Shown here one piece after another: positions 1-12,765 of a DNA stretch of 64,000 bases. Source of the stretch: Eledone cirrhosa (taxonomy: Eukaryota); contig OZ024742.1 in assembly GCA_964016885.1 (NCBI GenBank), positions 241,614,001-241,678,000 of the forward strand, written 5' to 3'. The translations under genes and the position numbers were made by a program. The notes under the pieces were generated by a model. That model was given only the letters and a program-made list of their open reading frames with translations, had not been told where the DNA came from and searched no databases. How positions within the stretch are numbered: position 1 is the first letter of the stretch; every line of letters starts with the position of its first letter.

Positions 1-110
1 AACAGGACAGACACGCGTGGTAAGTAATACACACATAAGCACATATACATACGTTCGAAATAGTAAACACATACACACACTCTCACACATGGTCTAATAT
101 AGACCAATCA

Positions 111-326
111 ATTGATTGGTCTATATTAGACCATTCGAGGGAGTACCAAAGGGGCACAAAGAATTGTTCTTTGTGTACCACAGAAAAGTATAGGATTTTG
201 CTAAACTTGAGAGACACTTCCGCTTGCCTTAACTCTAAGACTGAGATCTTCAGATGCTGTCCTCATCTGAAATCGCATCTGATCTGTAACTGGATTGACA
301 CTCCTACGATAAATCAACCGCCTTGA
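111..326 (+). pseudogene. 3' fragment of Penelope-like element ORF (Naiad-like GIY-YIG endonuclease C-terminus), 5'-truncated
   Basis: Manual translation IDWSILDHSREYQRGTKNCSLCTTEKYRILLNLRDTSACLNSKTEIFRCCPHLKSHLICNW...* matches the W-S-I...Y...CxLCxxEK...LN...E...CxH pattern of Naiad-type PLE endonucleases. No ATG, so absent from the ORF track. An HHR motif follows downstream. Confidence 0.8.
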
Positions 327-641
327 ACTCCTTCTCTGCTCTTTACTTTTGCTACGGCTTTTATTTTGCTGCTTCTACCTTCTGTACTCTTGTATTTTTA
401 AAAAAAAATTTTCTCCCTTACCTCCCCTTATATTTTTACCTCCTCTTAGCCCTCCCCCCATATATTCTTTTTGTTTTGCCCTTCACATACCTATGTGTAT
501 GTGTATGTATTTGTGTGTGTATATATGTATATGTGTACGTATATGTTTGTGTATGTATATATATGTGTATGTATGTATGTATATGTATGTATGTATGTGT
601 ATATATGTGTATGTATATATGTCTGTATATATATATATATA

Positions 642-691
<50 letters not shown>

Positions 692-767
692 CGTGTCTGT
701 ATGTGTGTATATATTAGTATATTTGTGTGTGTATATGTATGTATATGTGGATAAACCAGGGCTTTTT

Positions 768-825
768 TTCATTCTGAAGATTGAAGGAAACTTTTTTTGC
801 TTTTAAGAAACCTCTGGTGAATGGA
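768..825 (+). ncRNA. Minimal type I hammerhead motif, family N (Naiad-linked); cleavage triplet is GUG, probably inactive
   Basis: ttcatt-CTGAAGA-stem II (ttgaag.../cttttaa)-GAAA-cc tct gg-TG-aatgga. Confidence 0.75.
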
Positions 826-969
826 TTAATTGCCTTGTATGGCTTTATTACTTTACTACTATATATACGTTTATGTAAGGTTCATTTGTCTTATCTAATA
901 CTGAGCTTTACACATACACACACATGTATATGTGTGTGTGTATGTGTATGCATATGTGTATGTGTACGT

Positions 970-1015
<46 letters not shown>

Positions 1016-1181
1016 GTGTGTATATATGTATATGTATATGTATGTATGTATATATGTATATGTATGTGTATGTATGTATATGTTGCGTGTGTTTTTATTT
1101 ATTTTTATGTATGTGTGGGTTTGTGTGTGGGGGTGTGTGGGGGTGTATATATGTGTGTGCGTTTATATTTTTATATTTTTG

Positions 1182-1217
<36 letters not shown>

Positions 1218-1255
1218 ATTAAATAAATGGAAAACTATATTTATAAAACCATATC

Positions 1256-1321
1256 TATTTCATCATATATATTTCGGGGATATCATATTAACAATATGCT
1301 ATGCCTTCATCAGACAAAATA
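1256..1321 (-). ncRNA. Minimal hammerhead motif, family P (element ~1215-1490 inserted in (TA)n)
   Basis: Minus strand: tattttgt-CTGATGA-long stem II (catatt/aatatg)-GAAA-tatata-TG-atgaaata; homologous to 8534-8595. Confidence 0.6.
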
Positions 1322-1967
1322 CAATATAAACAGTTTTATAGATAAATATATTCGACATACCGTAATAAACATCAACTTCATTTGAAGAGGTTTACTCTAG
1401 TAAATATACTCCAAATATTTGTCGAGTGCTTTTATATCAGTTATAAATATTTACTAGTTGTAACCCAACAATTTTAAATATAACTTTACATATATATATA
1501 TATATATATATATGTATATGTGTGTGTATATAATTACATATACATGTGTGTGTTTATATTGTATACGTGTACGTGTTTGCGTATGTATGTGTATGTACGT
1601 GTTTATGTATTTGTATATGTATATTTATGTGTGAGAGTGTGTGTATGTGTTTACTATTTCGAACGTATGTATATGTGCTTATGTGTGTATTACTTACCAC
1701 GCGTGTCTGTCCTGTTAGCTGGGGCATGTATCGCTGTCAAATATTTGTTAATATTATTTATATATATTTTTTTCTTATATTTATTTGCGTGTGTTAATAT
1801 GTAGTGGAGTGCATTCATGTATGTGTATGTATGTACGTTGTATGTTTGTGTGAATGTATGTATATATGTGTGTGTATATATATGTGTGTGTGTATGTGTA
1901 GGCTTGTACACACACATGTGTGTGTGTGTGTGTGTGTATGTATATGTGTGTATATGTGTATATGTAT

Positions 1968-2005
<38 letters not shown>

Positions 2006-2034
2006 GTATGGATATGTACATGTGTATATATATG

Positions 2035-2085
<51 letters not shown>

Positions 2086-2379
2086 ATGAATATATGTATG
2101 TGTATATGTGTGTATATATGTGTATGTGTGTGTAGGTGTACGCTCTTTTTATATATATATATATATATATATGTGTGTATGTGTATATGTGTGTGCGTGC
2201 AAATTATATGTGTATATATGTGTGTGTGTGTAAGTATGCTTTTGTGTTTTTTTGTGTGTGTTTGCATGTGTAGTTTTATTTTATTTTATTTTTCCTTTCC
2301 TTCTCCCTTTTCCAGCCTCACTTTCATATAGATTGCATTTTTGTTTTTAGAATCCATATTCAATAAACAAACCAGGATT

Positions 2380-2439
2380 TTTCATTCTGAGGATTGAAAG
2401 CAAAACCTTTTGCTTTTAAGAAACCACTGGTAAATGGAA
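2380..2439 (+). ncRNA. Minimal type I hammerhead ribozyme, family N, intact core
   Basis: tttcatt-CTGAGGA-ttgaaagcaaaa cc ttttgcttttaa-GAAA-cc act gg-TA-aatggaa. Confidence 0.85.
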
Positions 2440-2571
2440 TAATTGCCTTATGTTGTTTATTACATAATAATAATAATTAAGCTCTGTTGCTTACATAGAG
2501 CTCTCTTTTTTCCTGGACTTTTCCGATGGAATTACTTCATTCACACATATATATATATATATATAATTATA

Positions 2572-2960
2572 TTGCCAGTATAACCAATAAAACCGCACCA
2601 TATAACCAGTTATTGCTTAGTTGGTCAAAGTTCTTTCATCACACATACTGTCTCCCCCTGAATGATTATCCCTTCTCTTTTGTGCCCCCTTCTTCTTTCT
2701 GGTCTCCAAATGAAGAAAAGCTGTAATGAACAGGTTTAAGACAAGAGAGAAGAAGCGGCACAAAAGAAAACAGATAGTCATTGAGGAGGTCACAGAATGT
2801 GTGACGAAAGAACTATGAGGAGCTAACCAATAACTAGTAATAAAGGTAAAAGGACAATCATATAACACGTGTGTTTTTTTTATTGGCAATACTGGCAACA
2901 TAACCATTTCCAAATATAACAATATCGCGTTCAACACACGATTTCACATTGAGTATCTTG
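2572..2960 (+). mobile_element. Diverged fold-back derivative of the PLE-A 3' end, with hammerhead 2776-2818 (core TTGAGGA)
   Basis: Similar to 34920-35150; 2572-2657 is an inverted copy of ~2785-2897. Confidence 0.7.
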
Positions 2961-2988
2961 AAATACATACATACTTATATACATATAT

Positions 2989-3612
2989 ATTGGGGCACTG
3001 GGATATGTTAGGGACTGCCTCAGTACAAATGTTGAGCTGTGCTTCACAGAAACAGAAAGAGCACGACTAGTTAGGAATTTACAAGTACAATCTATTAATG
3101 GAACAGTAAAAATACGTAAAACATTGAAAACATTCCGTATCTAATATCTCCATATACACTTGTACAGATACAAAGCATATACACATGTACACATATAACT
3201 CAGATCATACACCTCCAAACATACAATAACATCCATACCTGCACACACATGCATGCAGACATGCATACATATCTATCTAGTTGATGTCTAAATTCCAATG
3301 AGAGAGTCTTGTATCTATGTTAGAAACCGACTCTCTCTCTATTGGTAACAATTTGTGAAATTATAAAACCAGAAGAACATACATACGTACATACATATAT
3401 AACTGCATGTACACATGTACAGATACAATGCATATGCACAGGCACATACAATAACATCCATATCTGAACACACATGCATGCATGTAGACATGCATACATA
3501 TCTACCTAGTTGATGTTTAAATTCCACTGAGAGAGTCTTGCGTCAGTTAGAAACCGACATTCTCTATTGGTAAAAAATTATAAAATTATAAAACCAGAAG
3601 AACATACATACA
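2989..3612 (+). mobile_element. 3' end of an RLE-type (R4/Dong-like) LINE with tandemly duplicated 3'UTR ending in (CATA)n
   Basis: 2989-3144 translates IGALGYVRDCLSTNVELCFTETERARLVRNLQVQSINGTVKIRKTLKTFRI*; homologous to 24761-25170. Confidence 0.7.
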
Positions 3613-4115
3613 TATATATATATCGTCGATAGCTATAAATAGGAATTTGAAATCGTGTGGACTGACTCTAGTGACGGAAAAATAGACAAACACTGCATTT
3701 ACTGGATGTAGGACGAGTGTTTTAACCACTAGGTTAACGAGCCGATAGCTACAAATTCTCTTTTTAAAAAGAATTTAAGCATGTAACTAGAAATGTAAAG
3801 AAAGTGGTTGAAATCTAAAATATGGCGCCCTATCGCAAATGACAATAATACCTAAACAATGGTTGAGAGAAAAGGGTAAAATTTAAAGATTCGCCTGCAA
3901 GGAAACGAATCCATATTTTTATGATGGCGGAAAGTGTGTTAGCCACTAGAGTAAAGAGCAGCTGGAAACTAGATACGTCTTTTTAGCAGATTTGAAGCCA
4001 GTCGTAGCTAGAAAAGTAAACATAGCGGTTGATTTGACGAGCTTAGTAAACATTTAAATTTTGAAATGAGTGTATTCACTGCCTTTATAATTATATATGT
4101 GCATATATAAATAAG

Positions 4116-4259
4116 CGGCGAATTGGCAGAGTCGTTAGAACATCGGATTGAATGCTTTGTAGTATTCATTTCGGCTCTCTGCTCTCTGAGTTCAAATGCT
4201 GCCGAGGTCAGCTTTGCCTTTCATCCATTCATGGTCGATAAAAAAGTACCAGTCAAGTA
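4116..4259 (+). mobile_element. tRNA-derived SINE (older variant; Meta-domain-like core GCCTTTCATCC..GGTCGATAAA)
   Basis: A-box TGGCAGAGTCG, B-box GAGTTCAAAT, core shared with many other copies. Confidence 0.75.
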
Positions 4260-4260
4260 T

Positions 4261-4297
<37 letters not shown>

Positions 4298-5588
4298 CAG
4301 GGTGGGGCATAAAAACTGTTACAAAATAAAATGCAAATAGTTCTTGAAAAAAAACATTTATTTCAAGATCTGACTTCAACAAATAGTAAGTAATATACTA
4401 TTAAACAATTGCACAAAAATGTATTCGAAATGCTTTCCTCTAGCGCTCACTACTGTTCGAAATCTTCTAGTAATGTCTTCGATGGCTGGACGAACAGTTT
4501 CCATGGGTATTTTCTCCCATACTTTATTCAGTTTTGATTTTAGAGTTTCAATATTTTGGCTAAGAGTAGAGCAGGCTTCACTCTCAAGAATTGACCATAA
4601 AGAAAAATCAAGAGAGTTGAGATCTGGTGATGTGGGAGGCCACTCTTACTTACTTATCCATGCAGGACAATGGTCTCTACACCACTGTTGTGTGGCTCGT
4701 CGCTCCATCTTGTTGGAGAGTCCAAATGTCATCGCCATAAACAGATGTGCACCATGGCATCAGTGTTCCTTCCAAAATATCCTTTATGTAAAATTCTTTG
4801 TTAATTGAAACTCCGTGAGGCACAAAAATCAGAGGAGACTTCCCTCTTTCAGAAATGGCTGCCCAAACCATCACTGATGCTGGTTTCTGTGTTCTGAACA
4901 CTTTTCCTACACTTGAAGGAATTGATTTGAGACTTTTTGCAAGTACTCGATCATTTTGATGATTGTGAGACTGCTGCACAGTGAATAAATTCTCATCTGT
5001 AAAGATGATGTTTTGCAGCGTGCCATCCTTGATACGGTTCAATAACAGTTTACTTCTGGAGAGCCTCTTTTCAATTGTGGCTGCAGAAAGAAGCTCCCTC
5101 TTTTGGAACTTAGAGGGTAACATCCGCAGATCATCTCGACATATCCTCTGCATAGTTCTCGGCGATGTTTCTGCTTCTTCTGCCATTTTTCTCATGGACC
5201 TTCTTTGATTACGCCTTATTTTTTCCCTCACACTTTTAACGAGTTTTGGTGTTCTTGAGGTGCGAGGGCGTCCGGATTGAGGTCTGTCTTTGGTCGAGGA
5301 AGTTTCATTAAATCGATCGATTGCCCCTTTGATCAACATTCTTTTGATCTTAAGAATTTACCCCAGTTTAAATATCTTGGGTGGGGTCAGGCCTTTTTCA
5401 TGCTTCTCTATTATGAACTTTCTTTTCAATTCTATGGACATTGCAAATTGTTAATGGAGTAATGTTCTGAAAAATAGTTAATATGGTTATAGTGCATGGA
5501 TTTGATACAAATATATTAGTTATATTAGCAACATAATGTATTTTTAAATTGATTTAAAACTTTGTAACAGGAATTATGCCCGACCCTG
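4298..5588 (-). mobile_element. Tc1/mariner superfamily DNA transposon (maT/DD37D-like), full length, degenerate
   Basis: ~28-bp TIRs cagggtggggcataaaaactgttacaaa / tttgtaacaggaattatgcccgaccctg, TA flanks, 1291 bp. Confidence 0.92.
4420..5441 (-). pseudogene. Frameshifted DDD transposase
   Basis: GRPR linker, IIFTDE, VMVWAAIS, QQDGA, then in another frame WPPTSPDLNSLDFSLWSILE; stops and frameshifts near 4650-4690 and ~5400. Confidence 0.9.
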
Positions 5589-6363
5589 TATATATATATA
5601 TACATATATATGTATATATATAAACGTATGTGTGTTTATGTGTGTGATTTTGTGTGTATGAGTCGTTTAAAATTAAGGTTATGACTCTAATAGTCATCCA
5701 CTGGTGGCTAAGTACCCACGGATCTCTCTGAATTTAACTGATCAGGAGAGGGGATTACATTGCCAAACGTATCAAGAAAAACAAAGAGTGTATTCCTTAT
5801 TTAAACGCCTGATGTAATCAGTAACAGAGTCTCAGGGCTAGAGAAAGATGTACTGTTTGATTCGTTTGGTGAATCTTCATGTTAGAGGAGTTCGCTTCGC
5901 CACACCGTGAGTCTGGGTTCCGTACCACTCACTCTGCATCACATTCCATGTATTCTATTTATAGCTTAAAATTGAATACCTAAATCGTTGTTTTGTGGTC
6001 TTTCAAACTGTTCTCAATGTGGTATATTACTTTTGTAACACATACCAATACCCTAGATTATTAATATCACTCACCTCCTCATAGTCCCAGCTGATATGAT
6101 GGAAAAGACATTGCTACCGAGGATAGCGAGGGCAGGCATGCTGGAACAGCCACATCACCACGTGAGACTAGCACTTTCGGGTAGCCGACTGCTTCCCAAT
6201 AGCCCTGTGTGGTCCAAGGGCCTCAGAAAGCGGGAAGTCTCTAACCGCCACAGGCTGAACGACAAATCTATCAGAAAGCAGCCAATACTTTGACAGTTCG
6301 ACTTCTGACTAGAAGTTTGGTAGACGGACATTGCAGAAGCCCCGACTCTGTCTCTCTCTCTCT

Positions 6364-6447
<84 letters not shown>

Positions 6448-6569
6448 TCCGACGAGTTTTTGATTCCAGAGTCGGGCCAGATTGATACAGATTGAGCCTT
6501 GAGCTGATCAATCGCGAAACGCGCGTCGCACCTCAATAAATGGAATGAAGGTCTAACACCTCAGCATTT

Positions 6570-6757
6570 GGTGAATTGGCAGTATCGGGTAGAGGGTTGG
6601 ACGTCATGCTTTCTAGCATAGTTACGTCCCTTTATGGTCTGAGTTCAAATCCCGTCGAGGTTAACTTTACCTTTCATCCTTACGGGATCGATAAAATAAA
6701 GTACCAGTAATGTACTGGGTAATTGCTGGCCTTGTGCCTAAAGTTGAAACAATTATT
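6570..6757 (+). mobile_element. tRNA-derived SINE, full length
   Basis: GGTGAATTGGCAGTATCGG head, GAGTTCAAATCCC B-box, core, GAAACAATTATT tail. Confidence 0.9.
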
Positions 6758-6859
6758 AAAATATATTTATAATAAAACTCTGCTTCGCACAGCACCTTTA
6801 TACCTAGTGGATATTAAGCATCGAGTGCTCCGGTGAACCTACAGTATCTGGAGGTTTCA

Positions 6860-6909
<50 letters not shown>

Positions 6910-6911
<2 letters not shown>

Positions 6912-7347
6912 TTCGTTTTTGAATTTGTTTTGCAGCATTTCTTATCTGGAAACGTGTTTCAAAACAGATATTGTTATACTTTGGGAGGGCCATGCTGCCA
7001 ATAAAAGCACACACACACACACCTGTTTGGTCTTTACTTCAGTTTATTATAAATTTCTGGTTGGTTGGTTGGTTCGATAAACTGGATAGTTGATTATAAA
7101 TTGTGAAAGCTCTTTCGTCACAAAATTCTGTGACCTCCTCATTGACTGGGTTTTTATTTTGTGAATCTCCTTTGTTCTGGTCCTACAACAATGTTTGACG
7201 AAAGAACTTTGATAATTTATAAACCATCTGGCTATCGAACCAGCCAACCAACTAACCACCGGAAATTTATAATAAACTGAAGTAAAAATCAATAGGTGCG
7301 TGTGTGTGTTTTATTTTGCAGCAATGACCCTCCCAAAGTATAACAAT
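6910..7347. mobile_element. Fold-back derivative of the PLE-A 3' end; degenerate hammerhead 7103-7147 on minus strand
   Basis: Arms 6970-7119 and 7196-7347 are inverted and match 34976-35150; tail 6910-6969 matches the reverse complement of 11418-11476. Confidence 0.85.
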
Positions 7348-7383
7348 CTCTCTCTCTGTATGTCTCCCTCTCTATCTCTCTCG

Positions 7384-7473
<90 letters not shown>

Positions 7474-7530
7474 AATTGATGAGCAGAACAAACAAACATT
7501 AAACAATCCTTTAAATAAATAAAAAAAATG

Positions 7531-7590
<60 letters not shown>

Positions 7591-7922
7591 CTTTTCTTTA
7601 TTTACTTTCCCATGATTTTATATGTTCTGGCTTGTTAATTTATTGACTTGCCATTGAACCACACTGGCATATGTTGGGGACTATACTTGTATCCCTGTGT
7701 GTATTAATTACGTATAGGAACACATACTTTTATTATTATACTCGCCAATGGTAGAGAAACCTATAGTCGTCTGAATGACTGCTATTTTTAGCAGTACAGG
7801 ATTGCACACGGTACCATACCAAAACTGCTTTATCATTCATTTACTCTCATTCACGCTAAGAGCGTGCAACTAATACCACTGTATTTTTGCATCTCTGCAT
7901 TTGTCTCGTCTATTCTTTAACT

Positions 7923-7958
<36 letters not shown>

Positions 7959-7986
7959 ACACACAATATATATATATATATATATA

Positions 7987-8156
7987 TAGGAACCAGTAAG
8001 ACCCCGACAGCTGAGCTCAAGCCGTTTTGACCGTCGAAACGGCTTGAGCTCAGCTGTCGGGGTCTTACTGGTTCCTATTACCCACTCTACTACCCCAAGT
8101 ATTGAGTACTTTGGTGCGTTATGGTCCACCTGGTTCCTTACCACATTTCCTTCGTT
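7987..8156 (+). mobile_element. Family C fold-back element (hairpin plus ~80-nt tail) carrying the 3' half of a hammerhead
   Basis: ~44-bp arms with a 3-nt loop; GAAA-cggct..agctg-TC-ggggtc; (TA)n on both sides; copies at 47690 and 52101. Confidence 0.85.
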
Positions 8157-8346
8157 ATATATATATATATATATATATATTTAATTGCATCAATACACAG
8201 TTAATTACTATTGAAAGGTATATAAAATTCACGTTATTTTGTCCCTATTGAGTCACACACAGACATACGCCCCCCCCCCCCCCAAAAAAAAAATTATTGT
8301 TTATATCTTGGGATTTGATAAATTAGCCAATTATGTATATATATAA

Positions 8347-8402
<56 letters not shown>

Positions 8403-8406
<4 letters not shown>

Positions 8407-8636
8407 ATGATATTAATAAATGGAAACTATATTTATAAAACCATATTTATTCTATTATATATATTTCAAGGGTACCAGAACTTAAAACGATGTTCTTGTT
8501 TTGAATATGTCACTATCTGTAAATCAACTTTTATAATTTATCTGATGAGAACGTACCAAAAATGTTGGTACCCTTGAAATATATATAATAAAATAAATAT
8601 GGTTTTACAAAGATAATTTCCATTTATTAATAATAT

Positions 8637-8640
<4 letters not shown>
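8403..8640 (+). mobile_element. Family P fold-back element with hammerhead at 8534-8595
   Basis: ~75-bp inverted arms 8403-8477 / 8566-8640; CTGATGA-(gtaccaa/ttggtac)-GAAA-tatata-TA-ataaaata; flanked by (TA)n. Confidence 0.8.
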
Positions 8641-8725
<85 letters not shown>

Positions 8726-9069
8726 GAGAAAGGGAGAGAGAGAGAGACATATTCGTACACATACGTTTGTGCTCAGACACACTCCGAAATGTATACACAT
8801 ACACGCACACACATACACACATACACACACACTGACACACACAATACACTCATCACTCAATACATACGGTTTCGACGATATGTATTCCAATTTTTAGACC
8901 AACTGATGTACTTTTTCATTGAATGTCAAAAGTGGTTGATTTTCCACTGACACGTGTACTCTTAATGTAATTTTGAAGCAGAACCAGCTCGTTCTCTGAT
9001 TCATAGATACAGTCTGACATGCTGTGAGATCGAACTCTTAAACACATGTACTTGCCTGCGTCAGTAAAA

Positions 9070-9122
<53 letters not shown>

Positions 9123-9504
9123 TAATAATAATAAATTTGAAGACTAAAATCCAAAGAGGGCTTGATAAGAATAAATATATATCAAATATATAAGAACCCT
9201 AGAGCAAATATTTATTAAAATAACAGATTATCGCTATCTATTTATATAGCATGTATTGAGTTAGACTCTCAAAATAGTCTCATTACAGTAAATTAGCTCT
9301 AGGAAAAAGATATTTTCGAGCCATATATAACTGAACAAAAAGGAAAAACGAACACAGACATATATATATATGTGTGTTCAAATCGTAATGGACCAAAATC
9401 GCTAAGGTGAAAAAAATACTAACTTCAGACAATAGGGTTTGCTAGACTCAATTTAAGAATAAATTAAGAAAAATAAATACAAACCTGTATTGCGTTAACT
9501 ACCA

Positions 9505-9577
9505 TCACCCAGACGGTATTTGATAGAACCGTTTCGCAATGTTAGATATACCAAATTCCAGGCTCATCAGTGGGTGA
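9505..9577 (-). ncRNA. Canonical type I hammerhead ribozyme, family B, intact core
   Basis: tcaccca-CTGATGA-gc...gc-GAAA-cggt tctatcaaat accg-TC-tgggtga (GUC cleavage triplet). Confidence 0.92.
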
Positions 9578-9861
9578 AGAAATTAGTATCCTCCTCACTT
9601 CTAAATCAAATACTTCTAACTCAATACATGCTTTTGATATTTTCGGCTCCGTTAATTTGTAGAGCTATTTCAAATGTCGTGTAGACTCGGCTGCTATTTT
9701 TAGTGGTGTAAGTCTGCGCGACACGCTAAGTTCGGGAACCATGTGCGTTATATATATATACGCACAATTTCCAGTTTTCTATTTGATTTAGAAGTGAGGA
9801 GGATACTAATTTCTTCACCCACTGATGAGCCTGGAATTTGGTATATCTCTTCACAAATAAT

Positions 9862-10041
9862 TGTTTCTACTTTTGGCACAAGGCCAGCAATTACCCAGTG
9901 CATTACTGGTACTTTATTTTATCGACCCCGTAAGGATGAAAGGCAAAGTTAACCTCGGCGGGATTTGAACTCAGAATGGCAAGGACCGTAACTCTATGCG
10001 TCAAAGCATGGCGTCCGACCCTCTACCGATACTGCCAATCC
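9862..10041 (-). mobile_element. tRNA-derived SINE, full length, with 19-bp TSD
   Basis: TSD atatctcttcacaaataat at 9843-9861 and 10042-10060. Confidence 0.93.
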
Positions 10042-10151
10042 ATATCTCTTCACAAATAATATTGCGAAATGGTTCTATCAAAGACCGTCATCCCTCTCTC
10101 TCCCCCTCTCCCTCCTTTCTCTCTCTCTCTCGCGCTCTCTCTCTTTCTTTC

Positions 10152-10266
<115 letters not shown>

Positions 10267-10558
10267 GTGAGTATGGGTATGTGTATAAACAAAGATACAT
10301 ACCGATATATCTATATATCTATTATCTTTCTCTCTTTTTTCTCTCTCTGCATATTGATACGTATATATATATATTGTCTGTAATGCAAAGAAATACCTAT
10401 GATGGCTAGTAGACAACTGATGATGGATATTCCTAACTTATATTTCTAATTCTTCATTTATTATAACTAAATGCAACTACACAGCTCGCCCTTTTTTATT
10501 TATATATATATTTATTTATTTATTTATTAGTTATGTAATAAACAACATAAGATAATTA

Positions 10559-10617
10559 TTTCATTTACCAGTGGTTTCTTGAAAGGAAATAAATCTACTT
10601 TCAGTCGTCAGAAGGAA
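10559..10617 (-). ncRNA. Minimal hammerhead, family N (element ~10470-10710)
   Basis: ttcctt-CTGACGA-ctgaaag...ctttcaa-GAAA-ccactgg-TA-aatgaa; flanks homologous to 2340-2545. Confidence 0.8.
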
Positions 10618-10951
10618 AAAAACCTGGTGTTTTTATTGAATGTGGATTTGAAAACAAAAATATAGCACTCTTTTTTCCTGTACCTTTCCGACGGAATTAC
10701 TTCATTTACACACACACATACATATATATACACCTACTATATCAAGTGTTAAACTAGTATATATCATCTTCGTATTGTGGCCCAAGTTTGAGTCCAGAAG
10801 TTATCTTTTGCAACAGGTAGATATTTCATCCATCTGTTTTGGTCGAACTGTTCAGTTACAGATTAGAAACAAACAACAGTGGTTGTTGCGATATTTTGAA
10901 CTAAACACTGATATGGAATTACTCTCACAGACATATTCATCTCCGTCTTCT

Positions 10952-11028
<77 letters not shown>

Positions 11029-11190
11029 ATATATATATATATATATACACTGTTCGATTTGTCAAGCTATTTAAACGTATGTTATTACTCTAAGGACGTA
11101 ACTTATCGAGTGCTTTGCTAACTCATCATTTCATATAAGTAGGCCGAATTTGCTTGCAAACCGCCAGAGATTCGATTTTACTAAATTTCC

Positions 11191-11233
<43 letters not shown>

Positions 11234-11240
<7 letters not shown>

Positions 11241-11476
11241 ATACTTTGGGAGGGTCATGTTTCAAATAAGAAACACACGCACCAGTGCTTTCACTTCAAT
11301 TTATTATAATAAATTTATAAATTTAGGAATTTATAAATTTATTATAATAAATTGAAGTGAAAGCAACTGGTGCGTGTGTTTATTATTGGCAACATGACCC
11401 TCCCAAAGTATAACAATATCGATTTCAACACACGTTTTCAGATAAAGAATCTTGCTAAACAAATTCAGAATCGAAA

Positions 11477-11478
<2 letters not shown>
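11234..11478 (+). mobile_element. Fold-back derivative of the PLE-A terminus (palindrome plus ~60-nt tail)
   Basis: 11234-11325 is inverted against 11328-11418; matches 35040-35150; (TA)n on both sides. Confidence 0.88.
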
Positions 11479-11548
<70 letters not shown>

Positions 11549-11549
11549 A

Positions 11550-11765
11550 TTTGGGGGATGGCGTTCCGATGAGTACTGGAGGTGGGAGGTGGCCACAGTC
11601 TAAAAAGGTACTCAATACGTTATTAGTGCGTAGGCATTTTTATTTTAGAAAGAAATGACCTCTACAGAAGTAGAACTGTTTCATTTGTATGAAATCATCA
11701 GGAGAGTGATGATGATTCCATACGAATGAAACAGTTCTACTGCTGTAGAGGTCATTTCTATAAAA
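11550..11765 (-). mobile_element. Family D fold-back element with hammerhead 11659-11705
   Basis: Minus: tctc-CTGATGA-tttcatacaaat-GAAA-cag ttctactt ctg-TA-gagg; arms 11651-11700 / 11710-11759. Confidence 0.8.
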
Positions 11766-11814
11766 TGTTTATACATACATACATACACACATACATACAT
11801 ACATATATACATAC

Positions 11815-11931
<117 letters not shown>

Positions 11932-12122
11932 AAGAGAGAGACTGTGGTGCTGTGAACGAGGAGACTACTAATAACGGTAGTACTCGATGCATGGGGAGAT
12001 GCAGAGTGGTTTATGCTTTTCTGTTCAGCAAGCCGAAACCTCTTGGCGCCGCGGTGGGGACTTTACATCTCTGTCTCTCCATCCCCCCTCTCTCTCTCTC
12101 TCTCTCCCGCTCTCTCTCTCTC

Positions 12123-12164
<42 letters not shown>

Positions 12165-12632
12165 TATATTTACGATGGCCTTCCAAATTACTCTCACGAA
12201 TAATTGGTCTGCCTGAGGCTAGAACTGAAGGCACTATGCCATGCTTGCCACGCAGTAGAACCGAACCTGAAATCACGCACTTTTAGTTTAATATATATAT
12301 ATATATATATATATACATTTATATGTATGTTATGTGTGGGTGTGTCAGTGCATGCGTATGTGAGTGGGTATGCGTGTGCGTATTAGTGTATTATAAACAT
12401 ACATATATACTGAGTGAAAGAGAGAACGAGCGAGACAGATAAAGTGAGAGAAAGAAACATGAAGTGCGAGGGAGAAGAATAATGGTAGGGGGTTGGTGCA
12501 GAATGAGAGTAATATAAAAGTGCATTACCATATAGAAACCTACTTTTAAAACTAGTGTAGTATTATATATTCGAAACAAGGCTGACTGTTGGTCTGTATG
12601 TGTTTAGTTATTTACTTTCATACTTCATGAAT

Positions 12633-12765
<133 letters not shown>

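Larger units (their letters stand above)
1..1716. repeat. Inverted repeat: 1-90 is the exact reverse complement of 1627-1716 (inverted arm of the Naiad-like insertion, runs off the window edge)
   Basis: Direct base-by-base comparison, 90/90 complementary. Confidence 0.9.
9249..10089. mobile_element. Family B hammerhead element, inverted two-arm structure, right arm interrupted by a SINE
   Basis: Homologous throughout to 40711-41770; strand switch at ~9612. Confidence 0.88.

Noticed and set aside
324-326. TGA as a possible selenocysteine codon (some Naiad PLEs encode selenoproteins)
   Set aside because: It lies after the conserved C-terminal motif, is followed by low-complexity sequence, and I recognised no SECIS element
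4419-5462. Plus-strand ORFs 4419-4808, 4981-5208 and 5277-5462
   Set aside because: Antisense shadows of the transposase pseudogene
9689-9705. GCTGCTATTTTTAG motif (MEF2-like) recurring in family B, near 39177 and in old dispersed repeats (13225, 29290, 56095)
   Set aside because: A short AT-rich word carried by repeats; no evidence of regulatory function from sequence alone
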